A stretch of DNA of 64,000 nucleotides from an uncultured beta proteobacterium (GCA_902825845.1 CADECM010000022.1:160-64159), one strand, 5' to 3'; counted from the stretch's first letter, positions 47,061 through 56,916 are shown. Made by a program: numbers and translations. The notes: a model not told the origin generated them from the letters alone.

Positions 47061-48050
47061 TCAGTACCCCTTGCGCCGGTCCACCACGCCCAGCAGCGGC
47101 TGGTCCTGCGCGAATCGACGCACGTTCTCACACCAGAAATCCACCACCGCATCACTGAGCTTCACTGACTCGGTGGCGATATGTGGCGTGATGATGGTGT
47201 TGGGCAGATCCCACAACGGGCTCTCTCCGGGAACAGGGTCCGCTGCCGTGACGTCCAGACCGGCCCCGGCAATGCCGCCCGCGCGCAGTACGGCAATCAG
47301 CGCGTCCTCATCGATCAACGCGCCGCGCGAGACATTGATCAACAACGCGCTGGATTTCATCGCCGCCAGCGCCGCGCCGTCGATGATGCGTCGCGTCTCG
47401 GCTGTGTGCGGAAGGCACAGCACCACAAAATCGGCCTCGGGCAGCACCTGCAGCAGTTCACTTCTGTCGAAACAACGGTCGACATGCGCAAGTCCGCGCC
47501 GCGTCCGGGACATGCCCAGCACAGTCATCCCGAACCCGGTTTTGCACACGCGCGCAAGATTCCCACCCGCGCTGCCGACACCCAGAATCGCAACGGTTTG
47601 ACCGTGCAGCGGCAGCCAGTCCTGCCCTTCGCGCCGCCACACGTGCTGTTGCTGATTCCTGAGATAAACCGGCAGATTGCGCGACAGGGCCAGCATCAGC
47701 AACACCGCGTGTTCGGCCATCAGTGGTCCCGGCGGGCCCTTGATGCAGGTGATCGTCACATGATCCGCGGCGAACAACTCTGCCGGCACGGCCTGATCCA
47801 CGCCCGCCGTGGTGGTCTGCACCCAGCGCAGCCGCCCGCCCGGCTTCAGCACATCGCCGGAAAACTTCAGATAGGGCCGGCTCCCGATCACGGCATCTGC
47901 CAGCGGCGCCTGCTTTGCAAACACCGCGGCATCGTGAACGATGCGCACCTGCACGCGGGGATGTGCCTGATGGAGCCTTTGAAACGCCGGTCCGCCCAGA
48001 CGGTAATTTTCCGGAACGCCCACCAGCAGCAGCAATGCATCTGACGCCAT
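47061..48050 (-). CDS. D-isomer-specific 2-hydroxyacid dehydrogenase family protein
   Basis: NAD-binding ILGVGSAGGNLA, and later NVSRGALIDE and TPHIA motifs. Start ATG 48050. Confidence 0.85.
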   Translation of the reverse strand: MASDALLLLVGVPENYRLGGPAFQRLHQAHPRVQVRIVHDAAVFAKQAPLADAVIGSRPYLKFSGDVLKPGGRLRWVQTTTAGVDQAVPAELFAADHVTITCIKGPPGPLMAEHAVLLMLALSRNLPVYLRNQQQHVWRREGQDWLPLHGQTVAILGVGSAGGNLARVCKTGFGMTVLGMSRTRRGLAHVDRCFDRSELLQVLPEADFVVLCLPHTAETRRIIDGAALAAMKSSALLINVSRGALIDEDALIAVLRAGGIAGAGLDVTAADPVPGESPLWDLPNTIITPHIATESVKLSDAVVDFWCENVRRFAQDQPLLGVVDRRKGY

Positions 48051-48343
48051 CACATCCCCCTCACACAAACCCGGCCGGTGCTGGCCGCCATCGGCCATAC
48101 AAGTTCCGCGTTTAAACGCCCTGCGTACGACTGTATGCGCCCGTCCGGCATCGGTCAATAGCGCACGCCGCGCCATGCGGCACGCCGCATGGCGTTGTGC
48201 GTTGCGCTTTGCCAAGGACATTGCGTGTCCAACCGCGAAATCAAAATGCTCAGCAACCGCGCGCGGAATATCGCCGATGTGTCGATCGAGATCGCTGTGG
48301 CGTGCCGCGAGGATAGCAACAACGCGTTCCGGGCCTACACGCG

Positions 48344-50845
48344 TTATTGGAGCCCACCCTGGCTCGCCGCAGTGCGAGCGCGAAACTGCCTGAAGACCTC
48401 GAACACGATTACACCGCTCACGCCGGCGACAAAAGCCATCAGAAGATCGGAGCCGGCGAGCGCATCAAAGCGGAACAGTTGGGAAACAGGCTCGACATAC
48501 AAAGCCGACGCCAGCGCCGTCAAGGTGCCCAGCAGGATCCACCCCAGCGCGGGCGTGGGATTCGCGAGGGCGAACGCAAGGGACTTTTCACCGGAACGGT
48601 TCATCAGGATCAGCCCCACGTTGCCAAACACGATGGCTGCAAACGCCAGCGCACGTGCTTCGCCGTCGCTGGCGCCGTGCGCGAGTGACCACGCGTACGC
48701 GGCACAAACCGCAATCAGCACCGCAATGCCGGCCAGCAGACTCTCGCCCACCGTGCGCACGTCGAACATCGGCTTGGCGGGATCGCGCGGCGGCTGCCGC
48801 ATCGACCTTTCGTCGGCGGCTTCCGCCTCAAACACGATGGCACAGGCCGGATCGATGATGAACTCCAGAAACACCACATGCACCGGAAACAGCACCAGCG
48901 GCCAGCCGAATGCCAGCGGCAGAAACGCCATCCCCACCGTCGGCACATGCACCGAGATGATGTAGCGCATGGCATTGCGGATATTGCGGTAGATGCGGCG
49001 TCCCAGACGCACCGTGTCGACAATGGAACCAAAGTCATCGTTGATCAGTACCAGCGAGGCGGCCTCGCGCGCCACATCGGTGCCGCGGCGACCCATGGCC
49101 ACACCAATATGCGCCGCCTTGAGCGCCGGCGCGTCGTTTACGCCGTCACCGGTCATGGCCACCACTTCGCCCGCCGCCCGGTAAGCCTGCACCAGACGCA
49201 GTTTTTGCCGGGGTGTAATGCGCGCGTAAATGTGCACGCGCGCGACCGCCCGTGCCAACGCCGCGTCGTCCATGGCCTCGATATCAGCCCCGCTGAGCGC
49301 GCCGTTTTCACAGCGAATGCCTGCCTGCTGCGCGATCGCCAGCGCGGTGCCGGGATGGTCGCCGGTGATCATGACCACCTGTATGCCCGCGCGCCGGCAC
49401 TCGGCCACCGCTGCCGGCACTGCCGCGCGCAGCGGATCGGCCAGTGCGACGAAACCGAGCCAGCGGAAGGGATATTGCGCGGGATCGGACAGCCAATTGG
49501 CGTCGTTCCACGCCGCGGCGGCCACGGCCAACAAGCGCAGGCCGCGCTGCGACGCCTGAGCAGCCTGTTCCGTTGCCGCGTCGCGCGAACCGGCATCGAG
49601 CCCGCACAAGGGCAGCACGGTTTCCGGCGCGCCCTTGATCGCAACGCGGCCGGCGCCCAACGGCGAACGCCAGCCATGACAGATCGCGAGAAAACCCGCC
49701 TGCAGTGGATAATCCGCCGCCAGCCGCCACTCGCGGCGGATGGCGGCGGCCGACCGCGCAACGCCCTCACCCGCCTGCAAGATCGCGCGCTCCATCGGGT
49801 CAAACGGGTCGATCTCGCAGGCCAGCGCCGCGGCATCAAGCAGCGCGGCCGACTGTGCATCGGGCGGGTGCCACAACCCGTTATCAAACACCTCGGCCAC
49901 GCGCATGCGGTTTTCCGTCAGCGTGCCGGTCTTGTCCACGCATAGCACCGTGGTGGCGCCCAGCATCTCCACCGCCGGAATGCGCCGCGTCAGCACCCCC
50001 TGACGCCCGATGCGCCACGCACCCAGCGCGAGGAACACGGTGAGCACCAGCGGAAATTCCTCGGGCAGAATCGCCATCGCGAGCGTGAGACCGGCCAGAA
50101 TCCCCGCCAGCCAGTCGTTTCTCAGCAGGGCATACGAGACGGCCAGCACCAGGCACAACGCAACGGCGACTGTCGCCACAATGCGCACCACACGGCCGGT
50201 TTCCGCCTGCAAGGCGGTGTTGCCGGTCTCGATGCCGGCCAGCGATACGCCGATGCGGCCCATCTCGGTGTGGCGACCGGTGGCGAATACCTCGGCCCGC
50301 CCGCGCCCTTTCACCACCAGCGTGCCGGAAAACACGCGACCCTCGCGCGCGTCCGGCGCCGACGGCAGCACCTGCTTCTCCACCGGCAGCGACTCACCGG
50401 TGAGCAGGGACTCATCGACGAACAAGTCGTGCGCGGCCAGCAGTCGCGCATCCGCCGGCACCCGGTCGCCTTCCGACAGGATCAGCAGATCGCCGCGCAC
50501 GGTTTGCGCGCCCGCGATACGCTGCTCGACGCCGTCGCGCACGACTTGCGCGCGCGGGCTGGACAGATCGCGCAGCGCTTCCAGCGCGCGTTCGGTCTTG
50601 CGCTCCTGATAGATAGTAAGGCTCATCACCACCACCACCGAGGCCGCCAGCACCAGCGCCTCGCGCACATCACCCAGCAACAGGTAAACGGCGGCACCGC
50701 CAACCAGCAGCAGAAACATCGGTTCCCGCAGCACTTCAAGCGCAATGGCCGGCGTATTGCGGGGCCGTGCTGCCGGCAGCGTATTCGGCCCGTCCCGCGC
50801 AAAGCGCCGTTGGGCATCGGCGCTGGAAAGTCCCGGCGTGCTCAA
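48344..50845 (-). CDS. cation-transporting P-type ATPase (HAD-IC, Ca/Mg-type architecture)
   Basis: 833 aa with CVDKTGTLTEN, MITGDH and MTGDGVNDAPAL motifs. Its TTG start overlaps the upstream stop (TTGA). Confidence 0.9.
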   Translation of the reverse strand: MSTPGLSSADAQRRFARDGPNTLPAARPRNTPAIALEVLREPMFLLLVGGAAVYLLLGDVREALVLAASVVVVMSLTIYQERKTERALEALRDLSSPRAQVVRDGVEQRIAGAQTVRGDLLILSEGDRVPADARLLAAHDLFVDESLLTGESLPVEKQVLPSAPDAREGRVFSGTLVVKGRGRAEVFATGRHTEMGRIGVSLAGIETGNTALQAETGRVVRIVATVAVALCLVLAVSYALLRNDWLAGILAGLTLAMAILPEEFPLVLTVFLALGAWRIGRQGVLTRRIPAVEMLGATTVLCVDKTGTLTENRMRVAEVFDNGLWHPPDAQSAALLDAAALACEIDPFDPMERAILQAGEGVARSAAAIRREWRLAADYPLQAGFLAICHGWRSPLGAGRVAIKGAPETVLPLCGLDAGSRDAATEQAAQASQRGLRLLAVAAAAWNDANWLSDPAQYPFRWLGFVALADPLRAAVPAAVAECRRAGIQVVMITGDHPGTALAIAQQAGIRCENGALSGADIEAMDDAALARAVARVHIYARITPRQKLRLVQAYRAAGEVVAMTGDGVNDAPALKAAHIGVAMGRRGTDVAREAASLVLINDDFGSIVDTVRLGRRIYRNIRNAMRYIISVHVPTVGMAFLPLAFGWPLVLFPVHVVFLEFIIDPACAIVFEAEAADERSMRQPPRDPAKPMFDVRTVGESLLAGIAVLIAVCAAYAWSLAHGASDGEARALAFAAIVFGNVGLILMNRSGEKSLAFALANPTPALGWILLGTLTALASALYVEPVSQLFRFDALAGSDLLMAFVAGVSGVIVFEVFRQFRARTAASQGGLQ

Positions 50846-53550
50846 TTGGCGCGAGCCTCGCCCGGGAGCGCCTCCCGCTGCGCCGCCAGCGACAGACTCA
50901 TTTGCGTGACGCCGGCATCGCTGTCATAGCTGAACTGGAATCCCAGTTCCCGCGCCAGCGCCAGCATGCGATCGTTGCCGCGCAGTGCCGTACCGTTAAG
51001 TGTCTCAAGGCCGCGCGCGTCACAGTAGCGAATAATCTTGCGCATCAGCAGCGAACCCAAACCGCGGCCCTTGATATCCGAACGCACGAGAATGGCAAAT
51101 TCGGCCTGGGTATTGTCGGGATCGGCGATCGCCCGCACGACGCCCCAGGTTTCCGCCGTGGCCTTGCCGTCGTCGACGCCGGCGATGAACGCCATCTCAC
51201 GGTCGTAGTCGATCTGGGTAAAGCGCGCAATCTGGCTATGCGTTGCAATGCGCACGGTGTGAAAAAACCGCAGCCGCAGATCCTCCGCATCCACCCGCTG
51301 CAGAAATTGCGCGTGTTGCGGCTCGTCTTCGGGACGGATGGGCCGCAGCACGAGCTCCCGCCCCATCAGCGTCACGCGCTCTTCCAGTTCACTGGGATAG
51401 GGCCGAATCGCCAGGCGTTGCGTGCCGGGCTGCCGCGATCGGGCCACGCGAATGCGCGCATCGAGCGCAATCGCGCCCTGATCGTCGATCAGCAACGGGT
51501 TGATGTCGATCTCGGCAATATCGGCAACGTCCACCATCAGCTGCGATACCTGCACCAGCGTCAAATGCAACGCCGCCAGATTCGCCGGCGGCCGGTCGCG
51601 ATACCCGGCCAGCAGTCGCGCCACACGCGTGTGCGACACCATTTCCGCGGCCAGCGCCATATTCAGCGGCGGCAGCGCCACCGCGCGATCCGCCACCACT
51701 TCCACCGCCACCCCGCCCTGCCCGAACAGGATCACCGGACCGAATACCGCATCGACGGCAGCGCCAACAATCACTTCATGCGCCTTGGGTTTCACCACCA
51801 TTTGCTGCACCGTGTAGCCCGCCAGTTGCGCCTGCGGCGCACGTACGCGCACCCGTTGCGCCATCGCCGCCGCCTCACGCAGCACGTCGTCGGCACTCGC
51901 CAGATTCAGCGTTACGCCGCCCACGTCCGATTTGTGTGTGATCTGCGGCGACAGAATCTTCAGCGCCACCGGAAAACCCATGTCGGCGGCAACCTGCGCA
52001 GCCTCATCCGCACTGCCTGCGCTGTGCGTGCGCACCTGCGCTACGCCATAGGCGCCGAGCACGCGCCTGGCTTGCGTTTCGCTCAGCCACTCGCGGCCCG
52101 CCAGCAATGCCGCATTTACAGCCTCGCGCGCTGCCGCCGTATCCGGCGCAAAATCGCCGGGAACGGACGCCGGTGTCTGCATCAGCACCTGCTGATTGCG
52201 TTGATACGCCACCCGTCGCATGAAGGCGCTGATCGCCTGTTCCGGCGTGTCGTAACAGGGTATGCCGGCCGACTCGAAAGTGCGTCGCGCCTCGGCCACC
52301 GCGTCGGCGCCCAGCCAGCATGCGAACACACGCCTGCCCTTGGCGAGCGGCGCGCAGGCACGGGCCACCTCCGCCGACGACACAATGGCCGTCGGCACAT
52401 GGATGAACAAAATTGCGTCGTGATCGCCATCCTCGAGCAACGCCCGCAGCGCATCGACATGGCGCGAGACGCCGGCGTCGCCGATCATATCCACCGGGTT
52501 GCCGTGCGACCAGGTGGCGGGCAGTACCGCATCGAGACGCTGCCGGGTGGACGCGGCCAGCGTCGCCAGCTGCCCGCCGTGCAGCGACAGCGCGTCCGCG
52601 GCCATCACACCCGGGCCGCCGCCGTTGGTCATGATGATCAGGCGGTTGCCACTGACCGGCTGCGCGCGCGCCAGTGTTTCCACCGTGTCGAACAGGTCCT
52701 GAATGGTGTCCACGCGCAGCATGCCCGCGCGGCGCAGCGCCGCGTCGTAAACATCGTCCGCGCCCGCGAGGGCGCCGGTATGAGACGCCGCGGCCCGCGC
52801 ACCTTCGGGAGCGCGTCCTGCCTTCACCACCAGCACCGGCTTGTTGCGGGCCGCGGCGCGCGCCGCCGACATGAATTTGCGCGCGGCGGTTATCGATTCG
52901 ATATAGAGCAGAATCGCCTGCGTTGAGCTGTCGCTGGCGAGGTAGTCGAGCACGTCGCCGAAATCCGCGTCCGCCGCGTCGCCCAGCGAAATGAAGTGCG
53001 AAAAGCCGATCCCGCGCGACTTGGCCCAGTCAAGCACGGCCGTGGTCAAGCCGCCGGATTGCGACACAAACGCAAGATTTCCCGGCAGCGCCGACGTGTG
53101 TGCAAAGCTGGCATTGATGCCGAGGCCGGGCACCAGCAGCCCCACGCAGTTGGGCCCCAGAATACGCAGCAGATAGGGCCGCGCGGCGGCGCACATCGCC
53201 CGATCAATGGGAATGCCCAGCGCATCGCGCACCCGCGCCAGCCCGCCGGTGATGACCACGGCGGCACGGGTGCCGCGCCGGCCGAGCGCATCGATGATGG
53301 ACGGTATCGTTGCCGGCGGCGTGGCGATCACCGCGAGGTCGGGCGTTTGCGGCAGCTGCGTCACGTCCGCGTAGGCGCGCTGGCCCGCCACCATCAGGTG
53401 CCCGGGATTGACCGCATGGATCGGGCCGCCGAAGCCGCCGGCCATCACGTTGCGCATCACGGTGGCACCCACGCTGCCGGCGCGATCGGATGCCCCGATC
53501 ACCGCAATCGATCGCGGGCGAAACAAATATTGAAGGTTTCGTACACTCAT
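50842..53550 (-). CDS. bifunctional ADP-forming acetyl-CoA synthetase-like / GNAT acetyltransferase (Pat-like protein acetyltransferase)
   Basis: 902 aa with N-terminal CoA-binding and succinyl-CoA-synthetase-like domains, ATP-grasp, and a C-terminal GNAT (RGRGLGSLLM). Confidence 0.9.
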   Translation of the reverse strand: MSVRNLQYLFRPRSIAVIGASDRAGSVGATVMRNVMAGGFGGPIHAVNPGHLMVAGQRAYADVTQLPQTPDLAVIATPPATIPSIIDALGRRGTRAAVVITGGLARVRDALGIPIDRAMCAAARPYLLRILGPNCVGLLVPGLGINASFAHTSALPGNLAFVSQSGGLTTAVLDWAKSRGIGFSHFISLGDAADADFGDVLDYLASDSSTQAILLYIESITAARKFMSAARAAARNKPVLVVKAGRAPEGARAAASHTGALAGADDVYDAALRRAGMLRVDTIQDLFDTVETLARAQPVSGNRLIIMTNGGGPGVMAADALSLHGGQLATLAASTRQRLDAVLPATWSHGNPVDMIGDAGVSRHVDALRALLEDGDHDAILFIHVPTAIVSSAEVARACAPLAKGRRVFACWLGADAVAEARRTFESAGIPCYDTPEQAISAFMRRVAYQRNQQVLMQTPASVPGDFAPDTAAAREAVNAALLAGREWLSETQARRVLGAYGVAQVRTHSAGSADEAAQVAADMGFPVALKILSPQITHKSDVGGVTLNLASADDVLREAAAMAQRVRVRAPQAQLAGYTVQQMVVKPKAHEVIVGAAVDAVFGPVILFGQGGVAVEVVADRAVALPPLNMALAAEMVSHTRVARLLAGYRDRPPANLAALHLTLVQVSQLMVDVADIAEIDINPLLIDDQGAIALDARIRVARSRQPGTQRLAIRPYPSELEERVTLMGRELVLRPIRPEDEPQHAQFLQRVDAEDLRLRFFHTVRIATHSQIARFTQIDYDREMAFIAGVDDGKATAETWGVVRAIADPDNTQAEFAILVRSDIKGRGLGSLLMRKIIRYCDARGLETLNGTALRGNDRMLALARELGFQFSYDSDAGVTQMSLSLAAQREALPGEARAN

Positions 53551-53574
53551 GGCTCGCCTTGGTTAACCCTCATC

Positions 53575-54189
53575 TTACAGCGGCGGGTACGGCAGTGACT
53601 CGGCCGCGCGCAACGCGGATTTCATTTTCCGCGGCGCCATCATCATGATGCGCTGGTAGAGCCGCGTGAACGCGAGGCGCTGATTGCGGCCGAACAGCGG
53701 ATCGTCGTTGGCCGCGAACGCCGCCGCGATCCGCGCCCAGTCGTCGCCGGTGAGCACCGTCTGCGCGTGTTGCATCAGCGCCTCTTCGCACGCCATGTGT
53801 TCGCGCATATCGGCGGCGTAACCGTCGACCGCCGCGCGAAAGTGCTCCAAGCCATCCGGCGCCCCGCCCTGATAGTGCACCAGCGCGCGATGCAGATGCG
53901 ACAGCGTAAGCGCGCTGCGTCCATGGTCGGCCTGCAATCGGTCCAGCACGGCGGCCGATTCGGCGCTGCGCAGGTGCATGGCCTTGAACAAATGCTCTTC
54001 TTCCCTGGGATGGTGACAGCGCTCGGGAAAACAATCGATGTAGTAAAGCGCCGCGGCGAACAGGCCGAAGTCCGCCACCGCATGATTGGCCGCGACCTTG
54101 TTCAGCAACGCCTGCAGCGTGTGCAGAACCATGCCCAGCGAACGGTGTTCCTGGTGGATGGTGTCTATCGCATGCTCACTTGCGTTCAT
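53575..54189 (-). CDS. hemerythrin HHE cation-binding domain protein
   Basis: 204 aa from ATG 54189 with His/Glu ligand patterns (IHQEHRSL, HHPREEEHLF, MREHMACEE). Sits 25 nt upstream of the Pat-like gene. Confidence 0.75.
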   Translation of the reverse strand: MNASEHAIDTIHQEHRSLGMVLHTLQALLNKVAANHAVADFGLFAAALYYIDCFPERCHHPREEEHLFKAMHLRSAESAAVLDRLQADHGRSALTLSHLHRALVHYQGGAPDGLEHFRAAVDGYAADMREHMACEEALMQHAQTVLTGDDWARIAAAFAANDDPLFGRNQRLAFTRLYQRIMMMAPRKMKSALRAAESLPYPPL

Positions 54190-54289
54190 GAATGCCCTCC
54201 TGATGACCCACGGGGCGCAACGCCCCCGCCCACTATCCATGGCGGAGCGGTTTTTGCGATTGATGCAGATCAATCAGGCATTCCGATAA

Positions 54290-54318
54290 AAAATATCAAT
54301 AAAAACAAATAGTTAAAT
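54290..54318 (+). repeat. AT-rich boundary motif, copy i
   Basis: AAAATATCAATAAAAACAAATAGTTAAAT, in the divergent region between the hemerythrin gene and the FNT gene. Confidence 0.7.
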
Positions 54319-54369
54319 TACATCACCTTATGCTCGACCGCGCGCCGGCGTGTGCCCCGCGGCAATCAT

Positions 54370-54383
54370 TTGATCTGCCTCAA
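54370..54383. promoter_or_regulatory. FNR/Anr-type box candidate
   Basis: TTGAT-CTGC-CTCAA, one mismatch to TTGAT-N4-ATCAA. Lies ~125 nt upstream of the FNT start in a divergent intergenic region. Confidence 0.4.
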
Positions 54384-54508
54384 GCGACCGCGTGCCCTTC
54401 GGTGATGTGATACGGCCATGCACAAACCATCCGCCGCCCGCTGCAAAACACAAGCAACGCCGGTTCAGCGCCGCCCCTGTACAAGCGCCATGCATTGCGC
54501 GCCGCGGC

Positions 54509-55333
54509 ATGACTGAACTCTTTGGTTCCGACGCGTTTTCGCCCAAGGAAGTTGCCGAGCGCGTGCAAAATGTCGGCGTCGCCAAGGCGCAGCTGCCGTT
54601 ACTGTCAATGTTCATGCTGGGCGTACTCGCCGGCGGCTTCATCGGGCTGGGTGCGCTCTACTATGTATTGGTCGTCAGCGATCACACGCTCGGCTTCGCC
54701 GCGGCACGCGTCGTCGGCGGCGTGTGTTTCTCGCTGGGCCTGCTGTTGGTCGTGGTCGCGGGCGCGGAATTGTTTACCGGCAACAACCTGCTGGTCATGG
54801 CGTGGGCCGACGGCAAATTGTCGACCTGGGCGGTGCTGCGCAATTGGGCAGTGGTCTGTGCCGCCAACTTCGTCGGCGCCGCTGGTCTCGCCGGCCTGGT
54901 GTTTTTGTCGGGGCACACCGGCATGAACGGCGGCGCCATCGCCCAGTCCTATCTCGACATCGCGCTGGCCAAAACCACCATGCCCCTGTGGACGGCTTTT
55001 TTTCGCGGCGTCATGTGCAATGTACTGGTGTGCATGGCGGTATGGATGGCTTTCGCCGGGCGCAGCGTGGTCGACAAATTCATCGCCATCGTGTTTCCCA
55101 TCTCGGCTTTCGTCGCGGCCGGATTTGAGCACTCCATCGCCAATATGTACTTGATCCCGCTCGCCATGATGCTCAAGGCGTCCGGCGCCGCATTGCCGGC
55201 CGCCTACGACGCCATCACTTTTGCCGGCATGCTGCGCAACCTGGTGCCGGTGATCGCCGGCAACATCATCGGCGGCAGCGTGCTGGTGGCGCTGGTGTAT
55301 CACATCATCTACCGCAGGCCGGGAGCGGAATAG
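54509..55333 (+). CDS. formate/nitrite transporter (FNT) family protein
   Basis: 274 aa from ATG 54509 with six TM segments and FNT-like blocks (ELFTGNNL, FEHSIANMY). Confidence 0.85.
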   Translation: MTELFGSDAFSPKEVAERVQNVGVAKAQLPLLSMFMLGVLAGGFIGLGALYYVLVVSDHTLGFAAARVVGGVCFSLGLLLVVVAGAELFTGNNLLVMAWADGKLSTWAVLRNWAVVCAANFVGAAGLAGLVFLSGHTGMNGGAIAQSYLDIALAKTTMPLWTAFFRGVMCNVLVCMAVWMAFAGRSVVDKFIAIVFPISAFVAAGFEHSIANMYLIPLAMMLKASGAALPAAYDAITFAGMLRNLVPVIAGNIIGGSVLVALVYHIIYRRPGAE

Positions 55334-55465
55334 ACCCTGAATCACACCCCATCGATCCAAAGAAAATTCAAACGATACGCACACGGGCGGCGGCGTTGTG
55401 CCGTGCGCGGGCCTGCTATATATTGAGGCGGTCCGCGCAGCCTTGAGCCATTCGATCCTGAACTT

Positions 55466-55495
55466 AAATTATCGTTTAAAATCAAATACTTATGG
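55466..55495 (+). repeat. AT-rich boundary motif, copy j
   Basis: AAATTATCGTTTAAAATCAAATACTTATGG. The ATG of the downstream hydrolase gene is inside the motif. AATCAAATACTTA fits WATCAANNNNTTR. Confidence 0.7.
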
Positions 55496-56673
55496 AAAAC
55501 GCACCGACGCACAGCGACGATCACTATTTCATGTATTTCCCCGGCAACTACCGCTGGTCGGCGGGGTTTCTCAGCATGTTGAGTTGCTCCACATGGGGCG
55601 GCGCCGACATCGGCGAAGTGGATCGCATCGGACAGATCCTCAAAGCCGCGCCCAAACAAACCGACGAAGCGTGGTTCGATGCCTGCGTCAAGGTGGCGCA
55701 GGAGACCCACGCGCATGCTGCGCGCTACGAAAAATCAGGCCACCGCGTGTCGGCAGCGCCGTTTTATCTGCGCGCCTGCAAGTACTACCAGATGGCCGAG
55801 CGTTTTCGCACACCCAAGGATGCGCGCGCGCTGGAAATTTATCAAAAAAGCATCGACTGCTTTCACGCGTTCACGCGCATGAGCGACGTCAGGATCGATA
55901 TCGTCGAAGTGCCGTTCGTCGACGGCAGCCTGCCCGGCTATTTCGTGCACGCGCAGAACAGCAATGCCGAACGCAAACCCGCGGTGGTGTTTTTTGACGG
56001 GCTCGACGTCACCAAGGAACTGCTCTACATGCGCGGCGTGCCCGACCTCATCAAGCGCGGCATTTCGGTGCTGATCATGGACGGCCCCGGCACCGGTGAA
56101 GCGATCCGCTTTCGCAAACACTATCTGCGCCACGACTACGAAGTCGCCGGCAGCGCCTGCGTGGACTGGCTGGAACAGCGCGCCGACGTCAATCCAAAAC
56201 GCATCGGCATCGTCGCCAACAGTCTCGGCGGGTATTACGCGCCGCGCTGCGCCTCGATGGAGCCGCGCTTTGCCGCGTGCGTGGCGTGGGGCGCGATCTG
56301 GGACTACTACGCGACGTGGAAGCGCCGCATCGACGCCGCGTTCAACGCGGCGATGTCGGTGCCCGGCCACCATATCATGTGGATCCTCGGCGTGGATACG
56401 CTTGATGCGGCGCTACAAAAGCTCGAACCGTTCCGCCTCGACGGCGTGGTGCAAAAGATGCGCTGTCCGTTCCTCGTCGCGCACGGCGCCGAAGACGAAC
56501 AGGTGCCGCTCGCCGATGCGCAGGCGCTCTACAACGCGTGCGGCGCCAGCGACAAAACCCTGCGCGTGTTCACGCCCGAGGAAGGCGGCGCGCAACACTG
56601 CATGCGCGACTACGCGGTGCTCGGCGTGGCGGAAATGTGGAACTGGTTTGAGGATAAACTGGTGCGCAACTGA
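55492..56673 (+). CDS. alpha/beta hydrolase fold protein
   Basis: 393 aa with the nucleophile elbow context VANSLGGYYA and later AHGAEDEQVP. Confidence 0.75.
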   Translation: MENAPTHSDDHYFMYFPGNYRWSAGFLSMLSCSTWGGADIGEVDRIGQILKAAPKQTDEAWFDACVKVAQETHAHAARYEKSGHRVSAAPFYLRACKYYQMAERFRTPKDARALEIYQKSIDCFHAFTRMSDVRIDIVEVPFVDGSLPGYFVHAQNSNAERKPAVVFFDGLDVTKELLYMRGVPDLIKRGISVLIMDGPGTGEAIRFRKHYLRHDYEVAGSACVDWLEQRADVNPKRIGIVANSLGGYYAPRCASMEPRFAACVAWGAIWDYYATWKRRIDAAFNAAMSVPGHHIMWILGVDTLDAALQKLEPFRLDGVVQKMRCPFLVAHGAEDEQVPLADAQALYNACGASDKTLRVFTPEEGGAQHCMRDYAVLGVAEMWNWFEDKLVRN

Positions 56674-56881
56674 TCCGCTGCGCGGACCCTTGCGGCCGGT
56701 GATGCCGGTGACATTACCTGTGCCGTCGTGCCGGCAGATGCGGCGCCTGTTCCTGGCGTCGACCTTTCGGGTGAGGCGGTTACGAAGGTCGTAGCCATTG
56801 TGCCTGGCGCTGTTGCCTGGAACGCGGGATCGCCCCCCGCCATCACGTATACACCGTCGCGCCACGCCTGGTGCGCGGCAT

Positions 56882-56911
56882 AAAATATCATTTAAAAACA
56901 GATAGTTATAA
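56882..56911 (+). repeat. AT-rich boundary motif, copy k
   Basis: AAAATATCATTTAAAAACAGATAGTTATAA, 6 nt from the stop of the 56917..57669 gene. Confidence 0.7.
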
Positions 56912-56916
56912 CGAAC

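Noticed and set aside
48171-48194. Near-perfect palindrome CGCCATGCGGC-AC-GCCGCATGGCG in the gap between the P-type ATPase gene and the 2-hydroxyacid dehydrogenase gene.
   Set aside because: No adjacent T-tract on either strand, and only a single copy in the window. It could be a protein-binding site or a weak terminator, but nothing here supports either reading.
56674-56881. ~200-nt apparently non-coding stretch after the alpha/beta hydrolase gene, with overlapping short ORFs (56610..56891, 56413..56865).
   Set aside because: The ORFs have shadow-like composition, and I could not discern a conserved motif or structured RNA. It is left unannotated.
6240-56911. Interpreting the AT-rich motif copies as intrinsic terminators or as ordinary sigma70 promoters.
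   Set aside because: The copies lack a GC-rich stem-loop. They also occur in every context: convergent gene ends, divergent starts, and between co-oriented genes, in either orientation. No single promoter or terminator role fits all of these.
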